From an uncultured virus (IMG/VR IMGVR_UViG_3300008952_000017) (taxonomy: Duplodnaviria > Heunggongvirae > Uroviricota > Caudoviricetes), in the IMG/VR virus record IMGVR_UViG_3300008952_000017: 64,000 nucleotides of DNA; one strand, written 5' to 3'. Of this stretch, positions 48,474-58,575 are shown one piece after another. The position numbers were made by a program, and so were the translations under genes. The notes under the pieces are model-generated. The model was given only the letters and a program-made list of their open reading frames with translations. It did no database searches and was not told the origin of the DNA. Numbering within the stretch: the first letter of the stretch is position 1; every line of letters begins with the position of its first letter.

Positions 48474-50435
48474 TCATCCTGGAAGGTTTGAGTCCTTCTT
48501 ATTGTTGAGGGGGTCTGCGGCCGTCTCTTGGGCATCCCGAACAGCATCTAAGGCTTGCTCGGTTATTGTCTTCTTAGGGCCACGTTGGTTTTTCTTACTC
48601 TTGGGTGAACCGGATAATTGGGTCTCTGAACTGACTGGTGCTGGCCCTCTATCTCGCGTGCCTGTACCCTCACCCAAACCAACCGCTCCTGATTTCTCCA
48701 TTGTCATAATCTCATTACCACGTGACCTCATCCTAGGAGGTTGTCCGGCAACAGTCTGTGCTCTCATTGCCCTATCAGCACCTGGAATCATTGGGGGTGG
48801 ACCACCTGCAGCGGCTTGGTTTTGATGAGGCATGGAACTAGGAGGTATGGCTGGAGCGCCCCCTCTACGTGGCGGCATAGCGCCTGGCATTCCACTAGCA
48901 GGTGGCATCATAGGAGGAGGTGCCGCAGTTGGTGGTGGGCCGGCTCCTTCAGGGGGAGCGCTAGGAGGAGCACTACCTTGTCCCTGTGGAGCCGCGCCCA
49001 TCTGCTGCTGTGGCTCAGGTTGCTTGTAGAAGAAACGGATATCTCTACCTGCATCCTCTGTGAGTTCGGGTTGGAAGCCGAGTTGAGCCATACGTTGTGC
49101 GATATTGACCTCCATCTCATCACGGCGTAAGCGAGTGACTTCATCTTCCTCCTCATTGGGGTGAAGGGTCATCTCCCAATCATTGACCCCCATTTCCTCG
49201 AAAATACGAGGGAAAATATCTCGACTATACAACTTCTGACCGAACTCAACTGCACGATTGGTGACAAGAATCTGCATGCCTTCATTGTTGAGGCCACCAC
49301 CCTTACCACTATCCATCATAAATATGTTTGACACACCGTAAAAGGCTGCTATTCGCATACGCAATTCATCACGAACTGGACCATACTGCATCTCATCTAA
49401 AGTGTCCATGAAACGCACGAACTCCACACGCCCCCTTCCGGTCGCTGATTCAATACCAACTTTGGGAATGTAGTTCGGGTCACGTTCCATCTTCTCTTCA
49501 GCGCCCTTCCAAAAAGAGGCTGTAGACTGGATATTGTCAGTAGTGATAGCGAGGACACCACGTGGAATCCTACGCTTCTGATATGCTAGATACATGTAAT
49601 TGTCCATAGCAGACAATGTCATGGCTTGTCGCCACATTGTAGCGACTGGACTCCTACCATAGAGTTTGGAAGGTTGATACTTAGAAATATGCACTACTTC
49701 TCCTTCAATGTAGTATTGGGTCTTACCTGAGCCAGCAGTGTTGATGAAATGAACATCTTGAAGTTCTAAGTTGCAAACCTCACACTTCTTCTCATCTCCT
49801 ATGAAGGGTTGAGTCTTATCCCTATGCACAGGGCAAATGAGATACCTACCTCCTCTCACTCCTCTCTTGTCGGCAACTATACGCATGAAGGTCGGGTCAC
49901 CACGAACTAACTCCTTTACCCGAAATAACTCAATTTCATTACTCTCCTTATTGATGTAGTACTCCTTCAAAAGGACAATGAATCCATCATCGACTATGTC
50001 CATATCCCATTCTACCTCTCTTAGGACATCAGTGAAAGATTGGTCCATGCCATTACGTTGTTTGATGAACCAGCGCGGGTATAGGATTTCATCAGCATTG
50101 GGGGTGTCGAAGTCAGTACCCCCACACATATGGCATTCCTTCACCTCGTGTTGATACTCCTCTTCACATTGCGAACATTTGAACTGAAACTTCTTCTTCC
50201 AATAATGACCTCTACGGAATATCTCCTGGCAAAGGGTATTGATGGTGGTCCTGAGAATAATACTCTCCTGCACTGTGGCATACAAAGCAGGTATGCTAAC
50301 ACCTTGTACTAAGACAGGTTCCTGTATGCCAGCCTTCCATAGAGGCATTATTGGCTCGGGAGTACTCTTGCGTCTGAAGGGGCTAGTTAACCTCTCAATG
50401 AATCGGGCTACTGGGCCAGTATCTTCTGCCATCAA
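48474..50435 (-). CDS. Portal protein with two Zn-ribbon inserts and Pro-rich tail
   Basis: EVVHI, LYGRSP, IPRGVL and RIAAFYGVSNIFM portal motifs, downstream of the terminase. CSQC..CHMC and CPVH..CEVC inserts. Confidence 0.85.
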   Translation of the reverse strand: MMAEDTGPVARFIERLTSPFRRKSTPEPIMPLWKAGIQEPVLVQGVSIPALYATVQESIILRTTINTLCQEIFRRGHYWKKKFQFKCSQCEEEYQHEVKECHMCGGTDFDTPNADEILYPRWFIKQRNGMDQSFTDVLREVEWDMDIVDDGFIVLLKEYYINKESNEIELFRVKELVRGDPTFMRIVADKRGVRGGRYLICPVHRDKTQPFIGDEKKCEVCNLELQDVHFINTAGSGKTQYYIEGEVVHISKYQPSKLYGRSPVATMWRQAMTLSAMDNYMYLAYQKRRIPRGVLAITTDNIQSTASFWKGAEEKMERDPNYIPKVGIESATGRGRVEFVRFMDTLDEMQYGPVRDELRMRIAAFYGVSNIFMMDSGKGGGLNNEGMQILVTNRAVEFGQKLYSRDIFPRIFEEMGVNDWEMTLHPNEEEDEVTRLRRDEMEVNIAQRMAQLGFQPELTEDAGRDIRFFYKQPEPQQQMGAAPQGQGSAPPSAPPEGAGPPPTAAPPPMMPPASGMPGAMPPRRGGAPAIPPSSMPHQNQAAAGGPPPMIPGADRAMRAQTVAGQPPRMRSRGNEIMTMEKSGAVGLGEGTGTRDRGPAPVSSETQLSGSPKSKKNQRGPKKTITEQALDAVRDAQETAADPLNNKKDSNLPG

Positions 50436-51859
50436 ATCACCTCAGACCCTATCGCGTCGGGGTCCTTTGAATCCCACGAGAGGACCTCTTGTTCATCAAC
50501 GTTCCACTCATTAAGGAGTTCTTCTGCTTTAGCATCCTTCCAATTCTCCCACTTGACCAAGCGGTATAACTCATCACGGCGCTTGACAATCGAGTCGCCG
50601 TTCTGTCCTCTCAAAGAAAGCAATTCCAACACGTGGCGTGCTTGGTCCTTCTTCAATCTTAGATGGGGGTAGGTCCCTTTGAGGAGTTTAGTGATATCAG
50701 CCTTGCTGTAAAACTGCAGTCTATGCTGACTCCTCTTACTACTCTTGTGAACCTTTAGGTCAAGTGCGAGGACACCACACCCCACCATATCATACAGATT
50801 CTCACAATGCACTCTACCCCTATCACCAGTAGCCACGAAACCAGCACGAGGTTCCCCTGTCTTACTGATAGTGATATAACCATCAGCATCAAGGAATCCG
50901 GCGGCATAAGCCCATGGGTCTTTAACCATCAATAGATTAGTGTCACCCTGCTTCTCCCAAGAACCGGCGTGTTTGTAGATATCGAAATCGGGACCGTACG
51001 TCTTCAGTAATGCACCCAATTGTTGCACAGAAGGAAGGCCAGTACTACGACCATCCCTCTCAGTCATGTGAGTGTGCATAGTCCGACTGTCCATAGGACC
51101 ATTGTAATCCAATAAGGCTTGAGCCATTATTAGGGACTCACTCTCTGCCTTTGTTAACTTAGCAGACTGATGGAGGGTGTGAGACCACATATCACGTGCG
51201 TCTTTCTTCATCTTAGAGGCGTCTGCCCATAATCGCAATTGCTCCTCATTGAAATCCCCATCTATCTGTGATAACTTAGTGAGAATACCGTTAGAATCCT
51301 CCCATTGGTTACACGCTTGAATGAGAGATACTTTCCTACGTTTAGAATGTTTGAGTAATGCTCTCAAATCCCTGTCATTAAGATTCATGCCTTTAATAGC
51401 AGATAGGTGGTCTTCTGCCCAAGGAATACTGGCTAAACCATTCTCTACCTCTTCAGTCTTCGCAATACGAATAGCCATAATTGCATCGTCAATATCATCC
51501 CTGTATTGCTTGTGGACTCTCCTCTTGAGACGTAAGTCCTTGACCACAGCAGAGGCTGATTTACCAAAAGACTCCTCGAACCAGCCAGCCAGTTTGATAC
51601 TATCTTCCTGCTCCTTGAGTTTTCTCCTCCTCTCCTCCTCCTTGGGAGTTTCCTGCTCAGAGGCTGCAGAGGTACCTTCTCCCAATACACCAGCCCCTGA
51701 GTTAGGAGTAGGCGCGTTGTCTCCAAATACTACTCCCCCAACACTTGTTTTGAGGAGAGGGTGCTGTTTCAGTTGCCTAATGACCCACGCCCTTTCAGGG
51801 TCTAACTCATTAGTCTCAGCATCGAAATCATCACCAATTAGAGTACTAGCCCAAGTCAA
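50432..51859 (-). CDS. Protein with C-terminal LAGLIDADG endonuclease-like domain
   Basis: YAAGFLDADGYITI...YPHLRLKKDQA motif, preceded by about 310 aa of helical N-terminus. Confidence 0.8.
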   Translation of the reverse strand: MTWASTLIGDDFDAETNELDPERAWVIRQLKQHPLLKTSVGGVVFGDNAPTPNSGAGVLGEGTSAASEQETPKEEERRRKLKEQEDSIKLAGWFEESFGKSASAVVKDLRLKRRVHKQYRDDIDDAIMAIRIAKTEEVENGLASIPWAEDHLSAIKGMNLNDRDLRALLKHSKRRKVSLIQACNQWEDSNGILTKLSQIDGDFNEEQLRLWADASKMKKDARDMWSHTLHQSAKLTKAESESLIMAQALLDYNGPMDSRTMHTHMTERDGRSTGLPSVQQLGALLKTYGPDFDIYKHAGSWEKQGDTNLLMVKDPWAYAAGFLDADGYITISKTGEPRAGFVATGDRGRVHCENLYDMVGCGVLALDLKVHKSSKRSQHRLQFYSKADITKLLKGTYPHLRLKKDQARHVLELLSLRGQNGDSIVKRRDELYRLVKWENWKDAKAEELLNEWNVDEQEVLSWDSKDPDAIGSEVI

Positions 51860-53289
51860 TCTATCAACCCCGCCATTAAAGTGTCCAAGTCAATGATTCT
51901 CTCACGGAACTCAGTAGTAGACCAATTAGCCAGTGCTAATGCTATTGCGAAATCGTCATGGCGGGCAATACTGTCTAGTTTACCAGTCTTGCTCATACCG
52001 AACATTATGAGTTCATGCTCTAATTGACTAATCACCTCACGAGACCTCTCATCTCCCCATGGTAAACGCATCTGCTCTCGCTCAAAACGCAATACCAAGC
52101 CCATAAGGAGACTCTCTCTCCTCTGCTTAGTGCTGATAAATGTCTTAATAGGTAGGTCTGTGTCTGCTCTCAATTCTGTAGCAAATACACGCTGGAAATG
52201 GTTGGCCTCAAGTTCTATTACATCTGGACGGAACTTGTTATTCAATCGCTGTATCTCAATAATCTGTGTACGAAAATCCATACCCTTACGACGAACCACA
52301 TGCACCAATTCTAGTAACTCAGGGCTGTCTGAAGGGCGACGCAACACAAGCATTACCGTGTAATCGGCTTGACGGTCGGATGATATCGCTGGGTCCCAAC
52401 CTATGAAATACTGACTATCATCATCCTCATGCCTTCTTTCTATGAGAGTAAGATATGGGTCTTTACAGGCATTTAGAACAGTGGAAGGGAAAAGGCTGGA
52501 CATATCATCCATAGGCTCACAGAGATATTCACGAGTGAAGGCTATGGCTGGCATATCCATCCTTCGAGCGTCCAGTGCCTCTAATGACCATCGCCATGGC
52601 CAAAGAGGTTCACCATTCTCCTTAATTGCAGGGTATGTCTCTACCTTGTATCCATCCCTCCTCTCCAACTCTGTATACAAATCAGTAGGAGTAAACGGTG
52701 TCCCCACAATGCACAGTTGAGATGTATGGTGCACAGTAGGAACTAGAACTTCATAGAACCAAGAGGCTACACGCTGCAATTCAGTGTCGGTAGTCCCCCA
52801 AAGAATATCATCGAGAAGAACAAGGTCAGGGTGAGCACCACGAACACCACCACCTACAGACTTAGCATTGATACGAGAACCATTTGTGAAACCAAAGAAA
52901 GTCTTGGACCAAGCATCCTTATCTTTCATCTTGGATAGCATAGGACTACCATCTATCAAATCATTGAGATTTCTCATGTGACGTATAGATTGGTCTAGAC
53001 TGTGACTGAAAATCATAGTATCAAGTTTAGGAGTGAATATGACCTTCCAAAGAACATAGCCAAGAAACAAGGTAGATTTCCCATGGTCGCGAGCCGCTTT
53101 GACACAATAGCGATTATGAGTGGAAAGGTTGTGATACCATTTGGCGTGGTGGTCGGCCAATTGCCATCCTAGAATCTCCTCGAAGAAGAACTTGAAGTCT
53201 TTTTTTGACATCTCCCAGTCGATGTCCTCAATGACCTCAGCGGAAACTGCTGGAGTGGCCATTCTCAAACCCCCTTGAGGATACCCCAC
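51856..53289 (-). CDS. terL: Terminase large subunit (start may be ATG 53262)
   Basis: Walker A ARDHGKST, Walker B RGAHPDLVLLDD, VGTP, FTREYLCE, nuclease GWDPA...DYT and HDDFAIALALA. Confidence 0.95.
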   Translation of the reverse strand: MGYPQGGLRMATPAVSAEVIEDIDWEMSKKDFKFFFEEILGWQLADHHAKWYHNLSTHNRYCVKAARDHGKSTLFLGYVLWKVIFTPKLDTMIFSHSLDQSIRHMRNLNDLIDGSPMLSKMKDKDAWSKTFFGFTNGSRINAKSVGGGVRGAHPDLVLLDDILWGTTDTELQRVASWFYEVLVPTVHHTSQLCIVGTPFTPTDLYTELERRDGYKVETYPAIKENGEPLWPWRWSLEALDARRMDMPAIAFTREYLCEPMDDMSSLFPSTVLNACKDPYLTLIERRHEDDDSQYFIGWDPAISSDRQADYTVMLVLRRPSDSPELLELVHVVRRKGMDFRTQIIEIQRLNNKFRPDVIELEANHFQRVFATELRADTDLPIKTFISTKQRRESLLMGLVLRFEREQMRLPWGDERSREVISQLEHELIMFGMSKTGKLDSIARHDDFAIALALANWSTTEFRERIIDLDTLMAGLID

Positions 53290-54926
53290 GCCAAGTCGAT
53301 GGGTGTGTCGTAAGACGATTTAACCTCGTCGTCACTGACTAAGTTGATGCCTGCTGTCCCCGCGGGGGCTGCAGTAATATCAGCATCAGGTGGATGGAAA
53401 AAGGTGCTAGGGCTCTCAGGATTATAGTTGGGGATTCTATCACCACTAACCTGTTGGTAGTGCAAGATGTGGTCTTCATTACCTAATAGGTAACCAAGCG
53501 CCCCGTCGAGTGATTGAGGGCCTTGTTCTTGCAATCCTTCAAGAGCACTCTTAACCTGGTTTCTCACTCCCTTTTGTTGTTTTGACATTGACTGCATGAA
53601 ACCATTATTTGGGTCCGTGAGCCATTCGTAGGGGTCTTGTTCTTCATGAATAGGGATTACGCCTGGAGTGTGATTTTTAGCATCACCATGAGCCTCACGC
53701 TTGTGTGCAATAAGGGCCTCCCTTACCGCCCTCATTGCTGCCGGCCTTAGATGAGTCTGACTACCATCATCACGTGTGTAATACAGTGGACCACCAAAGA
53801 CCTCCTTAGCAAACCCACAATTATCCTTGTCATACCTCCCCTTACCTGAATAGTCCACCTCAGGTAAGTTGTAATTTGCTGGGTAAGTACCATCTCCCTC
53901 ATCTTCTACAGGGGGGAACTCACTCCCGTAGTCTACACCCTCAGTACGTATAGACTCCCCCCGCTTCTTGCTATAGGTCTTCACAGCCTCTTTCACACCA
54001 TCCTGTGACATCGTGCCTGAGAGGGCATCCTCAGGGTCTGTTCCCTCACGAATCTTCTCCATCATGTGGTCGGAAAGAGCCACTTCTAAATTAGCAAGAT
54101 TGGCATCGGCCATATTAGAAACTCCCTGAGCATGTAGGTTTGCCTTCGTTTTGCTCATCCCGTGATGTTGTTGATAGTAATCTGATATGAAGGACTCCAC
54201 AACTCCTCGGTCTTCAGAGGCCATTCTAGCACCAGGATTCACTATTTGGTTCATGTTATGGTTGTGGAGAATATGCATAGCATCTGCGTATTTCTGCACC
54301 TTCCTCTTAGCATGTATACGTGCTGACGGGTCTCTGAGTCCAGGGATGAAGGAAAGCCAGTGATTGAGAGTCATCGCCAATCGTGTCATAAGAGGTCCTT
54401 TCTGCCCTAACTCACCTAGGTTGTGATGCCCTTTATCAGTATAGAGTTTGAACTGGTCATGGCGTTTACCACCCATAAAACCTTCAGATGAGCCAGTCCT
54501 CCAGATATAATCACTTGGCTTACCAGGATTTTTCTTACCCGCGAAGCCAGGTGGTAGAGGGAGTTTCTTTGCATGTCTCTCTCTTAGGTCTGCTTGCTGG
54601 TCTCGCCACATTCGAGCCATGCGGGCGTGGTCAAAGCGATTCTGCTTCCATTCAACAAGTGCCCCCCAATCATCCTTGAGATTTTCGCGAACTTTTTGTC
54701 CTTCTTGGTTCCAGGGGGTCCTCCAGGTGGCATTCGTAGGGTCTAGCACCTTGATATCATGAGGATATTCGTAACTGTCCGCCCTATCCCTATCTAGTTT
54801 TTCCCCCATTGGTGCTTGACCAAAGAATCGACTAACAGGCCCTCCCAATCTAGGGGGTTTGGTGAGACCTGCTACACGCACCTTCTTCTTGGCAATCAAA
54901 TCATCCCAGTCGTGTGTGAACCCCAT
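53265..54926 (-). CDS. Hypothetical protein (possible internal virion protein)
   Basis: 553-aa ORF tightly packed with neighbours, ends in DLAWGILKGV. Confidence 0.7.
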   Translation of the reverse strand: MGFTHDWDDLIAKKKVRVAGLTKPPRLGGPVSRFFGQAPMGEKLDRDRADSYEYPHDIKVLDPTNATWRTPWNQEGQKVRENLKDDWGALVEWKQNRFDHARMARMWRDQQADLRERHAKKLPLPPGFAGKKNPGKPSDYIWRTGSSEGFMGGKRHDQFKLYTDKGHHNLGELGQKGPLMTRLAMTLNHWLSFIPGLRDPSARIHAKRKVQKYADAMHILHNHNMNQIVNPGARMASEDRGVVESFISDYYQQHHGMSKTKANLHAQGVSNMADANLANLEVALSDHMMEKIREGTDPEDALSGTMSQDGVKEAVKTYSKKRGESIRTEGVDYGSEFPPVEDEGDGTYPANYNLPEVDYSGKGRYDKDNCGFAKEVFGGPLYYTRDDGSQTHLRPAAMRAVREALIAHKREAHGDAKNHTPGVIPIHEEQDPYEWLTDPNNGFMQSMSKQQKGVRNQVKSALEGLQEQGPQSLDGALGYLLGNEDHILHYQQVSGDRIPNYNPESPSTFFHPPDADITAAPAGTAGINLVSDDEVKSSYDTPIDLAWGILKGV

Positions 54927-54927
54927 A

Positions 54928-56817
54928 TTACCACCTCAAGGCTACCTTGACCGCTTTCACCACATATGGCTCCACTTTCAAGCGTTGCGCTACAACATCC
55001 CAATCACCTACACTTTGCTGGATTAGATGCAAATCCCTATTCTCTAAGGAGAAAGACTCGCATAATATATCACAGTCGATTGGGTCCTCTAAGTGATAGC
55101 GCCTCTTAGTAGGCAAAGACTTAATCACCATCATATCCATCCTAGCGTCTGCTGATTGTAGATGCTCCATCAAATCAACCAATGTATCACGAGAGGTACG
55201 CACATCTAAATTAGTGCCTGGGTCCCAGTCAGGGTCCCTAGGTGGCAAGGCTTGAGAGCCTGAATAGCCCAGCACCCCTGTCCTTCTCTGCCCACGACCA
55301 CTAGGACCAGCCGTTGGTCCATCAATCATCCAATTCCCAGTTGGGATTCTTGGAGAGTTTATTCTTCTCCCATCAGAGAGACGTGCATCAGGGTCATCCG
55401 ACACTACAGGTTGAACCATTCTACTTGGCGCCACTGGTGTAATATCACTAGAATCAATATAATTTGTATTACCCGAATGAGCAGTCATGAACTTGGTCTT
55501 AACTGCTCTTCCCGCCGACCATCCATCATCAGCCCCTCTCAATCTTCCAAATCGTCGACCTAAATCGGGGTTCTCTAACAAGGTAGTAAGGTACAAAGCG
55601 TCTTGAAGAGCACCTCTAGCAGCCGAATGATTCTTTGTTTTCAAATTAGAAAGATAGTGGGTGACATCAATGTTACCCGCATTGTACTGAAAATGCTGCT
55701 CTAGGTCATGCTGCTCATTGGTAGAGAGGGAAGGGTCATCCGTTCTACGCAGGCCCAAAACTTGCCTCATATCATTGAGGAGTTTATTCGCCTTACTGTG
55801 GCTCCTAGTAGCAGACCGCCCCACTGAAGACTCGTGTAAGACCTGCATTAGTGGGCTCCTTGCGAAATTGGCGATTTCTGCTTCAGATGCAGGTGTTCTA
55901 CCCCCATTGGTGAGTATAACCTTAGCGTAGGCCATCCTATTCCTCATTGTAGCATTACTCTCACCAGTACTCCCATCAAACATCTTACCGCCAGTGGGAT
56001 GGAACCAAGCAGGATGCAAACTACCCATAACTGAACGCAGTTCATGAGTTCCATGCAACTTATCCTTCCCACGACTTGAAAATGGATTCTGATTAGAATA
56101 ATGTGATTTCCACACTCTGGAGCCATTCCCGTGTGCATCTCTGTGTATCACCATACCATCCGGTTTGATATGATTACCACTAGCCAAAGTATGGTATGGT
56201 TCAGCGCCAAACTCCTGCTTGAATAATCCGAGCATGATAGGGAGTGCTCCGAAGAAACCCGACTCTGTCATATGCCCATGCTGGGCATGGTCTGCTTGAC
56301 TGGGGTTGTACATGACCAACTTCCCTTGCTTGTTACGAATGCGAATCTGCTCAGGTTTCCTCTGACTGATTTTCTCTTGGTACTCAGGGGCGTAAGCATG
56401 TCCTTGTAACTCAGGGTGTAGGGTCTTCTCATCACTAGGGTCCAAATACACTCCTTCTTTAGGATACATATTCCTCTTGTCTCTCTGACTAGAATTGAAT
56501 ATCCTAGTTGCCTCATTGAGCATTTTACGTAGGGTCCTACGCAACTCTTTGGGATTAGTAGCATTGGGGTGCCCGTCTTTCTCAAGACCACGGGCTAGTT
56601 CCTCTACTATGGTCTTCATGAGGTCTCTTGTCTCATACCCATCCTCTTCTGAAAATGGCTGTTTAGTAATTGGATGGATGTGGAACGGGTTTTCTCCATC
56701 AGGGAAGTATTGCGTCATTTCCAAAGGGGAAAGCACCCGATGCATGCCCCCAGCATCCTTAGCGTGAATACCATCAAGGAGAACACCCCCTCCCTTGAGA
56801 ATGAGAATACCCTTCAC
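54928..56817 (-). CDS. Hypothetical protein (possible internal virion protein, C-terminal HTH-like region)
   Basis: Long ORF. GTG 56817 (GTGA overlap, GGAGGGGA SD) is preferred over ATG 56865. Confidence 0.7.
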   Translation of the reverse strand: MKGILILKGGGVLLDGIHAKDAGGMHRVLSPLEMTQYFPDGENPFHIHPITKQPFSEEDGYETRDLMKTIVEELARGLEKDGHPNATNPKELRRTLRKMLNEATRIFNSSQRDKRNMYPKEGVYLDPSDEKTLHPELQGHAYAPEYQEKISQRKPEQIRIRNKQGKLVMYNPSQADHAQHGHMTESGFFGALPIMLGLFKQEFGAEPYHTLASGNHIKPDGMVIHRDAHGNGSRVWKSHYSNQNPFSSRGKDKLHGTHELRSVMGSLHPAWFHPTGGKMFDGSTGESNATMRNRMAYAKVILTNGGRTPASEAEIANFARSPLMQVLHESSVGRSATRSHSKANKLLNDMRQVLGLRRTDDPSLSTNEQHDLEQHFQYNAGNIDVTHYLSNLKTKNHSAARGALQDALYLTTLLENPDLGRRFGRLRGADDGWSAGRAVKTKFMTAHSGNTNYIDSSDITPVAPSRMVQPVVSDDPDARLSDGRRINSPRIPTGNWMIDGPTAGPSGRGQRRTGVLGYSGSQALPPRDPDWDPGTNLDVRTSRDTLVDLMEHLQSADARMDMMVIKSLPTKRRYHLEDPIDCDILCESFSLENRDLHLIQQSVGDWDVVAQRLKVEPYVVKAVKVALRW

Positions 56818-58151
56818 TGGTGTCCCCTCCGAGGCAACAATAGACCGATGGGATGAGCGCCCCAATATCGGGGGTCATCATCGGGGTCAACTTCTGTGGC
56901 TCCGGTGGGATGGCTCGTCGTCTGTCTGTGTGCGTTAGGGGTAGGCCTCTCATCATCATGCTCGGAATCTTCCAAACCTGATTTAGTAAGAGCACCCGAA
57001 CGCAACAGTCTCCTCATTTCTCGGACGAGCCATTTGAACTCAGTTAGGTCAGCGTCACTCAATTTGGCTTTCTTGAGTAGGTATTCGTATTCCTCTAATC
57101 TATCAAAAGATGCTAAAACGGAGGCTGATTGGAAGCCCGTCATACCATCAGTTGGCCCCCCTCCACCTCCTGATATATCGTGTCCACCAAGGGTTCTTGC
57201 TACTCCAGGGCGATTGATTTGCCTCCCAGTCGCGGGTGTCAAATCACTAGCGGTCTGATGGGGGTGTTCTATTCTAGGCCCCTTTGGTGGAGGTCTCATT
57301 ACATTCTCATAACCTTGCATACTAGAGAGATTGTAGGGACTAGTGTGAGTAGGGACATCCCTAGCGGCTTGGCTAGTCTCAACACCTGCCGAGACACTCC
57401 TCGGGTCAGGTGTTTGCTCCCTCTTTGTTTTACCACCTGCTTTCTGCCTCCATCCCTTAGTACGACCACCGTGACCTCGCCTCATTGCACCTTTTCTTCC
57501 TGCTGTGGTTCTCTCTGAAATGGTCTTCCTAGTCTCAGTGTAACCTTTCGGGTTCCTAGTACCCCTCACCATATTCTTGTCACCATAGATGCGAGAGAGA
57601 GATGTCTGCCCCATCTTACCCCTTCTCTTTGCAGTCTCCTTTCTCCTACTTCTAGTCCTCAAAGAGTGGATGTCTTCTGACTTACCATGCCTGCCCTTCA
57701 CCCCTTTGTGAGAACTACTCTTCTTCTTGCGAATAATATCAAGGCTCTCTTCCATAGAATGACCAGTCATGATGTTTACAGGATTACCACCCATCACAGA
57801 ACCACCACCGGTTTTAGCACCACTCGCAATATCCAAGGGATATCCAGTACTACTAGCGGGTCCTGTCATCTCGGAGAGTTTCTCATCATTCCTTTGATTG
57901 TCTCCTCGGGGCTTCTTCTTGTTAACCACTTTCACAGAGAGGTGCTGCAAACCAGCGATTTTCTTGTCGCGGTCTTCTTTCTCTTTGAGTTTCTTCTCTT
58001 CGAGTTTCTGCTTACTATCAGCATCATCCCTACCCAAATTACGGTCTTCTTCCATGAACTCAGGTGCTTCACGAGGGTTGAACCTCAAGCCTGCAGTACT
58101 GCCTTTATTGCCTTCACCGGCTTTATGCAAATCTTCACCAGCCATGCTCAC
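56814..58151 (-). CDS. Highly basic, disordered protein (possible DNA-binding core protein)
   Basis: 445 aa with a central K/R/G/S-rich tract, GGAGGGTGA SD near the start. Confidence 0.7.
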   Translation of the reverse strand: MSMAGEDLHKAGEGNKGSTAGLRFNPREAPEFMEEDRNLGRDDADSKQKLEEKKLKEKEDRDKKIAGLQHLSVKVVNKKKPRGDNQRNDEKLSEMTGPASSTGYPLDIASGAKTGGGSVMGGNPVNIMTGHSMEESLDIIRKKKSSSHKGVKGRHGKSEDIHSLRTRSRRKETAKRRGKMGQTSLSRIYGDKNMVRGTRNPKGYTETRKTISERTTAGRKGAMRRGHGGRTKGWRQKAGGKTKREQTPDPRSVSAGVETSQAARDVPTHTSPYNLSSMQGYENVMRPPPKGPRIEHPHQTASDLTPATGRQINRPGVARTLGGHDISGGGGGPTDGMTGFQSASVLASFDRLEEYEYLLKKAKLSDADLTEFKWLVREMRRLLRSGALTKSGLEDSEHDDERPTPNAHRQTTSHPTGATEVDPDDDPRYWGAHPIGLLLPRRGHQ

Positions 58152-58575
58152 CCTCCGGTATGATGTGAATTGTCTTCTCTAATCTCCTAAGGATTAAAGA
58201 ATAGAATCGGATAAGTTCGGTGGGTCCAGAGAATACACTGGAGAATGACACCAACATATCCGCCACTGAGTCAAAAGCAATCGCAAAACTCCTCCTCTCA
58301 TCAAAGACATCTTCTGTATCATTGTCCATCAATGATAGGAAGAAGGACTCTAACTCATGGACTAATTCAGTGTGATACCCTCGTAATGCGGCTATATCAG
58401 GATTGAGTGGGGCTACAGCAGAATACCATCTATCAACCACTTCATGCAGGAGAGAAAGAAATACCTTCATCTCCTTGCGATGGATAGGTCTGTCTTCTGT
58501 GAGCATGCTGGATAAACGGACATCCTTGCACATCAGGCGATGTACTGGCACTGGCCAAAACTCAGGTCTATGCAT
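58135..58575 (-). CDS. Hypothetical helical protein
   Basis: 146-aa ORF overlapping both neighbours. Confidence 0.6.
   Translation of the reverse strand: MHRPEFWPVPVHRLMCKDVRLSSMLTEDRPIHRKEMKVFLSLLHEVVDRWYSAVAPLNPDIAALRGYHTELVHELESFFLSLMDNDTEDVFDERRSFAIAFDSVADMLVSFSSVFSGPTELIRFYSLILRRLEKTIHIIPEGEHGW

Noticed and set aside
50432..51859. Intein or intron splitting terminase or portal
   Set aside because: TerL and portal each look complete with their own start and stop, and no intein terminal motifs (N-terminal C/S, C-terminal HN) are seen.
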